Shown here in pieces: positions 49,794 to 59,897 of a stretch of 64,000 nucleotides of DNA (the stretch's first letter is position 1; each line of letters begins with the position of its first letter). The notes below the pieces were generated by a model that ran no database searches, was not told the DNA's origin, and was given only the letters and a program-made list of their open reading frames with translations. The translations under genes were made by a program, and so were the position numbers. This DNA comes from Bryobacterales bacterium (lineage in GTDB: Bacteria; Acidobacteriota; Terriglobia; Bryobacterales; UBA6623), in NCBI GenBank assembly GCA_963422375.2, contig CAXXKD010000001.1:160001-224000 (forward strand), in the 5' to 3' direction.

Positions 49794-51173
49794 TCACGGG
49801 CGCGCCTCGCGCCGATTCGGCAGTGCGCGAGGCGCTGGGCGCTCGTCGACGAGGAAGGCCTGGCCGCTGCCCGTCCCTTCCCACGCGTAGTAGAGGAGCA
49901 GGCCGTCCAGGACCCGGTTTCCCTCCCCGTGCGCGAACTTCGGGTTCTGGTGCCGGAGTCCGCTCTTGGCCGTCAGGGCGCGGACACGGCGCCAGTTCAC
50001 GCCGGCGGCGTCGGACGCCCATTCCTCGATGCGGTCGCCCCATCCGTACCGGTTCATTTCGCTTTCGTCGTTGGACTCGCCTTCCCCGGCGACCAGGAAC
50101 GCGCGGAACGAACCGTCCGGTCGCCGGGCGAGGCGGCCCGAGTTGAACGGATGGCCCGTCGCGGCCAGCGGCGTCCGCGTCCAGCGCCCGCCCTCCCGGC
50201 GCAAGAAGTAGAAGGTCGAAGCGTAGGGCGACTCGTCGGAGACCGGCAGCAGGAAGGAGGGCTCGCCCTCCTCGTCCAGGGCGATCGACGCCCCGGCCGA
50301 CGCGCTGCCCCCTTCGGTGTCCCAGATCAGGCAATCGCGCTGCGCCGTCGCGAAGTTCACGGGCCGGGGGATCTCCCGGCCGTCGGCGTTGAAGGTCTTG
50401 CCGCTGGCGAGATCGACGCGCAGGTAGTGCAGGTTGTGGCGGCGCGTGTAGTCGTGGAGCACCGTCCCGTAGCGCTCGCTCTTGACCGGCTCTTCGACCT
50501 TCCAGACGAATGCGACGTGCAGCGTGCGACCGTCCGCGCTGACGCGGGTGGCATGGTAGGAGCCGGCATGGGACGCCAGCGGCGACTCGTGCGGTGGTGC
50601 GTCCATATCGACGACCGGCCGGTCGGGGCGCCGCCATGTCAGCCCCGAGTCGTCGGAAACGCGGTAGGTCCAGAATCCGAGATGGCCCCCGTCCCGGAAG
50701 TATGCCAGCGTCCTGCCGCCGGCGATACGGTGGATCTGGGGATACGACACCGAGGTCGAGATCGCAGGCAGCTGCTTCCAGCGACCGATGTCGGCGGGCC
50801 TCGCCGTAGCGAGGTGGAACCCGGGCGTGCGATGAAACCCGAAAGCGACGTGCAGGCGACCGTCCCCCTCGGCCCAGACGACGGGGGAGTAGTGCTGGTC
50901 CCCGGCGAAGCGCCGGGGGTTGATCGCGATGTCCGTGCCTTCGAGCAGCATTCTGGGATCCGAGAAGCGGCGCGTCTCGAGGTCGTAGGCTCGAATCCAA
51001 GGCAGGCCCCCGCTACCTCGCCAGACGATGTACAGGCTGCCGCCGCTTTCGACCGCCTGCGGGAACATGCGGCTGTCGTACAGCATCTTCAGCGCGCCGT
51101 CCTCGGCGAATCGCACGGTCCCGGCGGGAACGAGGCAAGCGGCGAGGGCAAGGACGACAAGGAGGCGGGGCAT
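49794..51173 (-). CDS. Secreted BNR-repeat (Asp-box) beta-propeller protein
   Basis: Signal peptide, HYSP, SYPQ, Asp-box SDDSGLTW. Confidence 0.75.
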   Translation of the reverse strand: MPRLLVVLALAACLVPAGTVRFAEDGALKMLYDSRMFPQAVESGGSLYIVWRGSGGLPWIRAYDLETRRFSDPRMLLEGTDIAINPRRFAGDQHYSPVVWAEGDGRLHVAFGFHRTPGFHLATARPADIGRWKQLPAISTSVSYPQIHRIAGGRTLAYFRDGGHLGFWTYRVSDDSGLTWRRPDRPVVDMDAPPHESPLASHAGSYHATRVSADGRTLHVAFVWKVEEPVKSERYGTVLHDYTRRHNLHYLRVDLASGKTFNADGREIPRPVNFATAQRDCLIWDTEGGSASAGASIALDEEGEPSFLLPVSDESPYASTFYFLRREGGRWTRTPLAATGHPFNSGRLARRPDGSFRAFLVAGEGESNDESEMNRYGWGDRIEEWASDAAGVNWRRVRALTAKSGLRHQNPKFAHGEGNRVLDGLLLYYAWEGTGSGQAFLVDERPAPRALPNRREARP

Positions 51174-51262
51174 GGACGCTACCAGAGTATTCCGCTCCGC
51201 CGTCGGGACGGAAGACCTCGGCGTCCGGCCCCTCGCAGCGGGTCCGTCGGTCCCTGCCGCGC

Positions 51263-54085
51263 TCAGTCCTCTTTCGTGATCCAGATCGGGCTCGACCAAG
51301 CGACGTTGCCGTCCTCCTGCTCGACCCGCACGTAGTAGTAGTGCTCGCCGGGAGCGAGGGACTGCTCGCGGAACTCGAGCTCCATGCGCTCCCCGTCGCC
51401 CTCCTTGGTGAGGACGTAGGTGTTGTCGCGCACGACGGCGACCTCCTTGATGTCGCTCGTCCCGCGGATGACCGCCGTGACGGTCGGAATCGCCGTCGCC
51501 GTGCCCTCGTCCCCTTGGATCCATTCGCTCTGGCCCGCGCGCAGTCGGTAGTCCAGGATGATGTTGCTCGTCGCGGCGTAGGTGTGTCGCTTGCGCATCG
51601 CGTCCAGCAGGCCCTGCCGGGAGAAGTCGTCGGCAATGACCATCGCGTACGACGTATGGGTGGACACGTGGTCGGAACTCGCCTGGACTCCCAGCTTGTA
51701 GCCCTTCTCCCAGGCGAGCCAGACGAAGCCCTTCGGTCGGAAATTGCCCGCCCACAGGTCGCTGCGTGCCTCCGACGAGGCCAGCGGGGCGCCGTCGTGC
51801 TCGGCCGAGGTTCGCGCGCCTTGGAATATCTCGACGATCGGCTCGAGCGCCGGGTCGTTGTCCCGCCAGTCGGTTCCCATCGTCGTGTGCGAAGTATGCG
51901 AAGTCGCGATGCCGCCCTGCTCGCGCAGCGTGTCGTATAGGAACGGACCGCTGCTCGTGTCCCGCTCCTCCCGCGTGATCAGAATGGGCTTGTTCCCGCG
52001 CTCGGCGTAGATGATGTTGCGGTGCCCGTTCGGGTAGCCCAGGCTGCGCTCGTACCCGAACAGGGTCACGAATCGCCCGGGTACGTGAAACATGTCCTCC
52101 GCCTTCTCCGTGCGCCACCAGCTGTACTCCGTGTCCTGGCGTCCCCACGGGGAACTCGGGTCGCTCGAGCCCTTGTGGTCCGTCACCACGTAGAAGTCCA
52201 TCGCCGCCGCGTCCATCATGTAGCGGAACGAGGTGTACAGGGAACCGTCGCCCGTGCCGTCGAGCGAGATGTCGGTGTGGCGGTGCATGTCGCCGCGGTA
52301 GATCCCGTAGCGCTTACCGCCCGACAGGATCGCGTAGTTGCGGATCGCGGCCACCTGCTCGGCTTCGCGAGCCTCTAGCGGCAGCATGGCGGGGCGCTCG
52401 CGGCCGCGCGGCCCGAGCAGCGCCGGATTGACGCGCTCGCCCCGGAACTGGCCGGACAGCTCGGCGAAGAACACCTGGTTGTCTCTCGGATAGTGGCCGA
52501 AGTTCGGGCCGCCCCAGAGCTTCTGGTCCGTCGTCCACGACGCGTACAGCTCGCCTCGGGGCCCGGCGACCGCGTCGCTCGGGCCCTCGTTGCGGCCCAC
52601 GCTGTTCGGAATCCGGAACGGATGGGCCCACTGGCCGCCCGCGTAGTACGTCGCCATCACCTCCCACTTGCCGCCTGCCGCCCACAGCGATTCGGGCTTG
52701 GTGGCGCGGACGCGGGGGCGCAGGACGAGCCACATGCGGCCCTTGCTGTCGGGGGCCAGCAGCGGACTCTGGACGTACCGCCGCACGCTCGGCCGGAAGC
52801 GGCGGTTGACGTCGTCGAGCGGCTCCAGCCACTCCCCGCCGCTCCAGACGACGACCCTGCTGGTGCGCGACTGGTAAATGCCGGCCCCGCCCCGCAGGAG
52901 GAAGCCGGTGTCCTTGCCCCAGTTCTCTTCCGACTCGTCGTACGCGATCCATACGCGGTCCTCGGCGTCGACCGCGATGCTGGGGGAGCCGTGGTAGCGC
53001 GGCGTGTCGGTCACCCGCAGCAGGTCGCCGGGCCGGTCCTCGCGCACGGACCGCAGGCGGATGTTGTAGCTGCCGCCCTCGTAGCTGTCCCAAGCCACCC
53101 AGGACGCCCCGCTGGAGTCCGCGGCGATGGCTGGGTACCATTCGTTGGCCGCTGCTCCGGGATGGCTCAGGCGGACCTCGTCGGACCACGCCGAGCCGTC
53201 GAACGACTTGTAGTAGATCGCGGAGAAGCCGCGCCGCGCCGCCTGCCACGCCAGATGCAGCCGGCCGTGCCGGTCGCTGGCGAGTGCGGGGAAGATGTTG
53301 TTGCCCGGCCCGGACGTCACGGCCTGCGGCGCGCTCCACGCCCCGCCGGACCGCCGGGAATGCATGATGTGCCAGTCCCCACCGTGCCGCCTGGCCCAGA
53401 CAAGCTCCAACGTGCCGTCGCGGCCGTAGGCGGTGTCCAGTCCCTGCAGGTCGCCGGCGGCGCCTTGCACGGTCTCGATCGCGCCCCATGCCCCGTCCGA
53501 GCGGTCGCGCGCGAACACCTGGTCGCTCTCGTTCCGGTACCCGATCCAGGCTAGGGACAGGGTGCCGTCGTCCGACATGGCCATCGCCGGGTAGTCGTCC
53601 TCGTACTCGTCCGTGGTCACCGCCTCCACGGGCGGCACGCGCCGCACCTCGACCTTCGTCGACAGGATGTGCATCGAGTCCGACGGCGGCAGATCGGCCG
53701 GCTTGAAGAAAAAGTCCCCGTTGGCCGTCTTGACGCTGACCGTCGCGTCTTCGGGCGCGCGGTAGTACAGCGTCACGCCGACCGTCTGGACTCGTGTGAC
53801 GTGGGGGAACGGCAGTTCGTGCGGGTGCATGCCGCCGGTCGGGCGGACCCACGGGTCCGTACGGGCCACCCACGAGTGGTCCGGCCCGATCGATTCGCCC
53901 TCCTTGAACCGGTATCCCCGGAGGTCGACGATCTCCCCCTTGTCGATTTCGAGCGAGCCGTCCCAGACCTGGGGCTCGGCATCCTTGATCCCGAACTCGA
54001 TGTTGAGTGCCCGCACGGGGCGCTCTCGGCCGGGGCTGGCCGCGGGGAGCAGCAGCAGAGGCAGAAGCGTTGCGAGGAGTCTCAT
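51263..54085 (-). CDS. Secreted beta-propeller + PHP-like metallohydrolase (DUF3604/CehA-McbA-like)
   Basis: GDMHRHT..SLDG, VTDH, GYE, GHRN, SHT, SSDH, YYYVRVEQ.DG..AWSSPIW. Confidence 0.8.
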   Translation of the reverse strand: MRLLATLLPLLLLPAASPGRERPVRALNIEFGIKDAEPQVWDGSLEIDKGEIVDLRGYRFKEGESIGPDHSWVARTDPWVRPTGGMHPHELPFPHVTRVQTVGVTLYYRAPEDATVSVKTANGDFFFKPADLPPSDSMHILSTKVEVRRVPPVEAVTTDEYEDDYPAMAMSDDGTLSLAWIGYRNESDQVFARDRSDGAWGAIETVQGAAGDLQGLDTAYGRDGTLELVWARRHGGDWHIMHSRRSGGAWSAPQAVTSGPGNNIFPALASDRHGRLHLAWQAARRGFSAIYYKSFDGSAWSDEVRLSHPGAAANEWYPAIAADSSGASWVAWDSYEGGSYNIRLRSVREDRPGDLLRVTDTPRYHGSPSIAVDAEDRVWIAYDESEENWGKDTGFLLRGGAGIYQSRTSRVVVWSGGEWLEPLDDVNRRFRPSVRRYVQSPLLAPDSKGRMWLVLRPRVRATKPESLWAAGGKWEVMATYYAGGQWAHPFRIPNSVGRNEGPSDAVAGPRGELYASWTTDQKLWGGPNFGHYPRDNQVFFAELSGQFRGERVNPALLGPRGRERPAMLPLEAREAEQVAAIRNYAILSGGKRYGIYRGDMHRHTDISLDGTGDGSLYTSFRYMMDAAAMDFYVVTDHKGSSDPSSPWGRQDTEYSWWRTEKAEDMFHVPGRFVTLFGYERSLGYPNGHRNIIYAERGNKPILITREERDTSSGPFLYDTLREQGGIATSHTSHTTMGTDWRDNDPALEPIVEIFQGARTSAEHDGAPLASSEARSDLWAGNFRPKGFVWLAWEKGYKLGVQASSDHVSTHTSYAMVIADDFSRQGLLDAMRKRHTYAATSNIILDYRLRAGQSEWIQGDEGTATAIPTVTAVIRGTSDIKEVAVVRDNTYVLTKEGDGERMELEFREQSLAPGEHYYYVRVEQEDGNVAWSSPIWITKED

Positions 54086-54171
54086 CGCCGTCCCATTATC
54101 CACGGGCATATCCGGAGCCCGAGCCGGCCCGAGGTTGACGTGGGGCGGGCGGTCGTCCTATCCTGCGGTGG

Positions 54172-54957
54172 ATGCACAGGGGCATCGCGGCGCTGCTGGC
54201 GGCCGGGCTGGCCGTCGCGCAGGGCCAGGAACTGGAGAGCAGCCCGTTCCACGGCGACGAGGCGTCGACCGGCGTCGGCCAGGCGAGCTTCCGCCTGCGC
54301 TGCTCGGCCTGCCACGGCATCCATGCCGAAGGCGGTCGCGGGCCGGCCCTGAACCGGGGCGAGTTCGAGGCCGGCGACACGGACCTGGCGATCTATCGCG
54401 TAATCGCGAACGGCGTGCCGGGGACCGAGATGCCTGCCTTCGGCGCCCGCAGCACCGAGGAGAACATCTGGCGGATGGTCGCCTACCTGCGGACCTTCGC
54501 GGCCCGCGACGACGAGGTGCTTGGCGGGGATCCGGCGCAGGGCGAGGAGCTGTTCTGGAATCGGGGCGGCTGCGGCGGCTGCCATCGAGTCGGCCAGCTG
54601 GGCGGGCTCTTCGGCCCCTCCCTCACGCGCATCGGTCGCGCTCGCAGCGCCGCGTACTTGCGCGACGCGCTGCTGGATCCGCAGAAGGATCTCCCGCCCG
54701 GCTACTACGTAGTGAGGGTCGTCAGGCGCGACGGGCGCGCTGTGCAGGGCATCGGGCGGGGCTTCGACGATTTCTCGGCGCAGCTGATCGACGCGTCGGG
54801 CCGGTTCCATTCGTATCTCCGGGAGGAGGTGGCCTCGGTCGAGCGGGAGTTCGTGTCGCTCATGCCCGCCACCTACGGCGACATCCTGACCGAGGAGCAG
54901 CAACGGAGCCTGCTCGCCTACATGCGGAGCCTGCGCGGCCAAGGAGACCGACGGTGA
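54172..54957 (+). CDS. Di-haem cytochrome c
   Basis: CSACH, CGGCH, PGTEMP, SLMP. Stop overlaps the next start (GTGA). Confidence 0.9.
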   Translation: MHRGIAALLAAGLAVAQGQELESSPFHGDEASTGVGQASFRLRCSACHGIHAEGGRGPALNRGEFEAGDTDLAIYRVIANGVPGTEMPAFGARSTEENIWRMVAYLRTFAARDDEVLGGDPAQGEELFWNRGGCGGCHRVGQLGGLFGPSLTRIGRARSAAYLRDALLDPQKDLPPGYYVVRVVRRDGRAVQGIGRGFDDFSAQLIDASGRFHSYLREEVASVEREFVSLMPATYGDILTEEQQRSLLAYMRSLRGQGDRR

Positions 54958-56576
54958 AGGTGGCATTGAGCATTGGCATCCTGCTTGCGGGCGGCCTGTC
55001 GGCCCAGGGACCGGTGGACGCGGTCGCGCTGCTCGGCTCCCAGGGAGACAACGAGTCCTGGCTGATGTACGGCCGCAACTATTCCGCGTGGCGCTACTCG
55101 CCCTTGGACGAGATCAGCGCCGAGAACGTTGGCCGGATCGTCCCGGCGTGGATCTTCCAGTCGAACGTCCCCGGCAAGTTCCAGACCACCCCGCTGGTTC
55201 GGGACGGCGTCATGTACGTTACGGGCCCGTCGAACCACGCCTGGGCTTTGGACCTGAGGACCGGCCGCCAGCTGTGGCACTACTCCGAGCCGGTCCCGCC
55301 CGACTTGGCGCTGTGCTGCGGGCAGCCCAACCGAGGCTTCGCCATGCTCGGCGAGCGCCTCTACAAGGTCAACGCGCAGGCCACCTTGGTCGCCCTCGAT
55401 GCGAAGACGGGCGAAGTGATCTGGGAGGTCGAGTCCGCCGACTACCGCAAGGGCTATTCCAACACGGTGGCCCCGCTGATCGTCGGCGACAAGGTCGTGG
55501 TCGGCATCGCGGGAGCCGAGTTCGGGACCCGCGACTTCATTGACGCCTACGACGCCGCGACGGGCCGGCGGGCGTGGCGGTTCTGGACGGTGCCTGGCCC
55601 TGGCGACCCCGGCAACGAGACTTGGGGCGGCGATTCTTGGAAGCGCGGCGGGGCGTCCACGTGGATCACGGGAAGCTACGACCCGGAGCTGAACCTGATC
55701 TACTGGGGCACCGGGAATCCCGGGCCCGACTTGGACGGCGCCCCGCGTCCAGGCGACAACCTCTACAGCGATTCCATGCTCGCGTTGGACGCGGACACCG
55801 GCGAGCTACGTTGGCATTTCCAGTTCACGCCGCACGACGTTCACGACTGGGACGCGGTTGCCGACCCGGTGCTGGTGGACGTCGAGGTCGACGGCAGGCC
55901 TCGCAGGGCTCTGGTGCATGCCAACCGGAACGGGCACTTCTATGCGCTCGACCGCGCTACCGGCGAGTTCCTTTTCGCCCGCGCCTACACCGAGGTCAAC
56001 TGGGCCGACGGCATCGGGCCGGACGGGCGCCCGATCCTCATCCCGGGCCGGACGCCCACCGACGAGGGCACGCTGACGTGCCCCGGCATGGGCGGCGGCC
56101 ACAACTGGCACGCGACGAGCTACAGCCCCGGGACGGGCTTGTACTACTTCAACAGCGGCGACGGCTGCCAGATCTACCACGGGGCCACCCAGGACTTCGT
56201 GGAAGGCGAGTTCTATCTCGGCAGCGCGATGGAGAACGTGACCGGCCAGCCGCGAGAGGGCTCGATCATCGCGTTGGACCCGGCAACGGGCGACCAGCGC
56301 TGGCGCTTTCCGCTAGTGAGCCCGCCGACGAGCGGCATGCTCTCGACGGGGGGCGGCCTGCTGTTCGCCGGCACGGCCGAGGGCTACTTCATGGCGCTCG
56401 ACGCGGCGACCGGCAAGCCCCTGTGGCGCTTGCAGGCGGGAGGCGCCGTGCGGGCCCCGGCGGTCACCTACCGCTTCGACGGGCGGCAGTACGTCGCCAC
56501 GGCCGCGGGCACTGCGATCTTCGCGTTCCGGCTGCCGCGCCGAGTCCCTCTCGAGCCGGCATCCGAGACCCCGTAG
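54954..56576 (+). CDS. PQQ-dependent dehydrogenase, methanol/ethanol family
   Basis: WRYSPL, vicinal CC (LCCG.PNRG), GAEFG, WGTGNP, PHDVHDWD, NRNG.FY, repeated LDA.TG..LW. Confidence 0.92.
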   Translation: MKVALSIGILLAGGLSAQGPVDAVALLGSQGDNESWLMYGRNYSAWRYSPLDEISAENVGRIVPAWIFQSNVPGKFQTTPLVRDGVMYVTGPSNHAWALDLRTGRQLWHYSEPVPPDLALCCGQPNRGFAMLGERLYKVNAQATLVALDAKTGEVIWEVESADYRKGYSNTVAPLIVGDKVVVGIAGAEFGTRDFIDAYDAATGRRAWRFWTVPGPGDPGNETWGGDSWKRGGASTWITGSYDPELNLIYWGTGNPGPDLDGAPRPGDNLYSDSMLALDADTGELRWHFQFTPHDVHDWDAVADPVLVDVEVDGRPRRALVHANRNGHFYALDRATGEFLFARAYTEVNWADGIGPDGRPILIPGRTPTDEGTLTCPGMGGGHNWHATSYSPGTGLYYFNSGDGCQIYHGATQDFVEGEFYLGSAMENVTGQPREGSIIALDPATGDQRWRFPLVSPPTSGMLSTGGGLLFAGTAEGYFMALDAATGKPLWRLQAGGAVRAPAVTYRFDGRQYVATAAGTAIFAFRLPRRVPLEPASETP

Positions 56577-56666
56577 GCTAGGGAATGGTGCTTCGCGCCT
56601 CGTGCAATGCGAGGCCGGGCTAAGTTTGGGCTTGGCGGGGGCAATGTAGGCGCGGGAGGGAATGAC

Positions 56667-57497
56667 ATGAACACGGATCTTCAAAGCGAATCTCTGGGCG
56701 ACGTGGTCCAACGCACGGTCGGAGTCAGTGTGACCTTGGTCGTCGCGGGGGTGGTGGCGCTCGTCATCCTGTACAACTCGTTCCAAGTGGTCGGTGCAGG
56801 CGAGCGAGGCGTGGTGTTTTCGAAGTTCGGCGGCGTCCAGGAGGGCGTGCGCGGCGAGGGGCTGCAGTTCAAGATCCCGCTCATCCAGGCGATCATTCCG
56901 ATAGACGTGCGGATCCAAAAGTCGGAAACCGACGCTTCCGCGTCGTCCAAGGACCTGCAGACCGTTCATTCGCGCATCGCGCTCAACTACCACATCTCAC
57001 CCGAGGAGGCCTGGCGTATCTACCAGGACGTCGGCACGTTGTACATGCAGCGCCTGATCGATCCGTCCGTGCAGGAGGCCGTCAAGGCCGCTACGGCCCA
57101 GTTCACAGCGGAGGAACTAATCACCCGGCGCGGCGAGGTCTCGGCGCGGATCAAGGACATGCTCACGGAGCGGCTGGTGCCGCACAACATCATCGTGGAC
57201 GAATTCAACATCGTCGACTTCAACTTCTCGGATGTATTCAACCAAGCGATCGAGGCGAAGCAGACGGCCGAGCAGGAGGCGCTCAAGGCGCAGCGCGACC
57301 TAGACCGGATCAAGATCGAGGCGGAACAGACGATCACCGCGGCGCGGGCGGAGGCCGAGTCTCAGCGGCTCCAGCGCGAGACGATCACGGATACGATCCT
57401 GCAGCTGCGGGCGATCGAGAAGTGGGATGGCGTCCTGCCCCAGGTCACGGGAGGCACCGTGCCGTTCATCAACGTCGGAGCGACGGGCCAGCGCTAG
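56667..57497 (+). CDS. SPFH/prohibitin family protein
   Basis: N-terminal TM, GERGV, SKDLQ, AIEAKQ.AEQ, IEKWDG.LP. Confidence 0.92.
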   Translation: MNTDLQSESLGDVVQRTVGVSVTLVVAGVVALVILYNSFQVVGAGERGVVFSKFGGVQEGVRGEGLQFKIPLIQAIIPIDVRIQKSETDASASSKDLQTVHSRIALNYHISPEEAWRIYQDVGTLYMQRLIDPSVQEAVKAATAQFTAEELITRRGEVSARIKDMLTERLVPHNIIVDEFNIVDFNFSDVFNQAIEAKQTAEQEALKAQRDLDRIKIEAEQTITAARAEAESQRLQRETITDTILQLRAIEKWDGVLPQVTGGTVPFINVGATGQR

Positions 57498-57808
57498 GGA
57501 TTCCCGGCTGGAGTGCCTCAGCCGGAGCGGATCTGGCGCCGTCGGCAGCGGCGACGGCTTGCTGCCGGCCCGGATACCGCGGGACTTTGTGCGCACCGTC
57601 CAAGTGGGCGGTGGCGGAGCGGTGCCACGCGAGCCGCCGTGCAGGTCAGCTTCCGGGTCAGGGAAGCGAGGGCCGAAGGTCGGCTTCGCGAAGGGCCGCC
57701 GTGCGAGGACGGGCCGACCTCGCCTTGCAGCCGGTCCGCGGGGTCATCGAAGCGGCCCGCGGGGAGGCTGCTCGCGTCCAAGCCGTCACCCCGGCCCGCC
57801 GACTCTAG

Positions 57809-59218
57809 CTGATCTTCGACAGTTTGAAATTGTAAGTATTGGTGCTTCAACAACTTAGGAGCTGCAGCAGGGGCGAATTAGCACCACGCCGGTGACCGCC
57901 GGGTGCCATCGCACGGGGTTTGTGGTCAGCTTGGTCCCTTCAGACGACCGGGATGCCCCGCCTCCATTCAGACGGCCAGGTCGCTGCCCTCTTCCCGGCG
58001 CAGTATCGGCGGCAGGCGCGCTCCCACGCAGCTCAGCGCCCGCTTCACCGCCTCGCTCGCCTCCGTGCGCAACCATCATCTCCTGCAACCGCGCCAAGCC
58101 CCGTATTAGGTCCGCCCATTCCACCGCCGCGCCGACCTCCCGCAGGCGCCGCTGCAGGTCCTGCCTCAGCACCAAGGCCAGGAACGAGCGGAACACGTGC
58201 CCCCGAATCGCCTCGTCCGTGCGGTGGAACACCGGGCGCGTGCGCAGCAGCGACTTCGACTCGCGGAAGCAGCGCTCTACGCGCCACAGCTCCTTGTACT
58301 TCAAGGCCGCCTCGGTGGCTCCTAGCGGGGCCTTGACGCGCAGCGCCCACACCCCGTCGAAGCGCTCCTCGTCGGCGATGCGGTCCTCGTCGATGCGGAA
58401 GCCCCGGCCCCCCTCGCCCTCGTCCTCGGCCGGATAGCGCCGGAAGCCGCGATTCCCCGCCAAGCGCTTGGCGCCGGCGCCGAGACGCTCGCGCAGCTTC
58501 GCCACGGTCTCCTCGCGCACCGCGCGATCGCGACGCGCCTGTCGCTCGTTGCGACACACCACGTAGCGCCGCCCGGCGGGCCCTGATCATCCCGCACCGC
58601 CACTTCCCGCACCGGCCCGCCCAGCCAGGCCATCGCGCGGTACAGGTGCTGCAGTTCCAGCGCGGAGGCCCCCGCGACGGCTTGGTCGGCCTTCCAGTCG
58701 ATGGCGCTGCGGTCGGAGCCCGGAGCGAGCAGGCGGTGCAGGACCGCGAGGAACACGGCGCGCTCGGCATCGAAGCGGAAGCGGCGACCGCGCAGGGCCG
58801 CGCGCAGGGCCCCCTGGCAGCCGGTGAGTTGCCACACGCGCTCGAAGACGAGCGCGGGGCCGGTCACGCGGCAGGGGAGGCCCTCGGCCGGCGTCTCGCG
58901 CTCGGCCAGCACCGCGGCGTGGCGCGAGAGGCGCGCCCCGGACACGAGCAGGCGGTCGAGCGCGCCGCTGTCCCGGAGCCGGTCGAGTCGCCCGAGAGAG
59001 GCGAGGATCTTCCGGCGCACCTTGGAGCCGTCGCGGGAGTTCTCGACGAGCTGCACGTAGGTGTGGTTGCCGACCTTCTTGGATCGCAGGAACATCGCCC
59101 TCAATCGCAGCACTACGGAAAGCGACCGGTCAAGCCCGTGTTCGTGATTCCTCCGAAGGTGCCGGGAACTCCTGCGGGTGCCCGGCCGGACAACTGCATG
59201 AGGTAGTAACTTGCTCGG
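57809..59218 (-). mobile_element. IS1634-family element; transposase from 59095, internally deleted and frameshifted
   Basis: MFLRSKK..YVQLVEN.R..LGRLD, HLYRAM.WL, YK.LW.VERCFR..KS.L.TRPVFH..IRGHVF. End CTGATCTTCGACAGT. The other end is approximate. Confidence 0.85.
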
Positions 59219-59439
59219 ATAGTTCTATATCCAGGACGGCACCGCGAGATCACGGCTTCCTCCGGCGCACTCGGAAAACGGGCCGCTTCCTAGCACGGGA
59301 TGGCGATCGAAGTCATTCCGTGGCACTACATTAACTTCGCCGCGGGCAGGATCCGGCCCGCAAGCCGTCGGGATCCGTCTAGGATGCATACGGATATTAC
59401 CACAATATATGGGACTACTCGGAAGAGACACCACGTCAT

Positions 59440-59755
59440 CTAGACATCGGAGTCGGTGAAGCTCATCTTGCGGGGCGCGCCGGCGTCGGGCCGCGGCTCG
59501 TCGTCCTCGCCAAACTGTTCGTCGTACAATCCCAGGTCGGGCTCCTCTGTCTCGCTTCGTCGCGCAGGGCGACGGCCGGACGATGTGGTAGTGGTTATAG
59601 CCGAGGCCAGTGCCCGGAATGCCGGCCGAGGCCCGCGCTCCTCGCGGGCCGATCGTCAGACCCGCACCCCGAACGCCGGCCGTCAAGGACGGCCCCGACT
59701 TGCTGAGGTTCACCGTGAGACCCGGCACGATCGGAATTCTCCGAAAGAAGCTCAG
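59440..59755 (-). pseudogene. DUF4236-domain gene, start lost and probably frameshifted
   Basis: LSFFRRIPIVPGLTVNLSKSGPSLTAG.RGA..TIGPRG.....GIPGTGLGY matches the DUF4236 pattern. An acidic tail lies in another frame. Confidence 0.7.
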
Positions 59756-59897
59756 CCGCCAATCGCGAAGATTTCCACGCTCTACCCAGAATTGGCAGGA
59801 TTTCGGACTAGTCGTAGCATTCCAGTGAAATCTTCGCCTTGAGAGATTGGACCTAACGTCCTTGTTGTCAAAGGGATACGAGTTTTGTCACAGGCAC
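59750..59897 (-). repeat. Left end of the element seen as a MITE at 5180-5434
   Basis: Inverted copy GTGCCTGTGACAAAACTCGTATC..GGAATGCTACGACTAGTCCGAAATCCTG..GGAAATCTTCGCGATTGGCGGCTGAGC. Confidence 0.9.

Noticed and set aside
23537..53554. Many long antisense or alternate-frame ORFs (e.g. 23537-25195, 36880-39054, 40630-43080, 47380-49125)
   Set aside because: Typical stop-poor shadows of real genes in high-GC DNA; no motifs.
53796..54953. 926-aa fusion ORF upstream of the PQQ domain
   Set aside because: Shadow frame over the cytochrome gene; the real start is GTG 54954.
57635..57700. SRP-RNA-like CCGGGTCAGGGAAGC
   Set aside because: Lacks the conserved TCAGGNCCGGAAGGAAGCAGC core.
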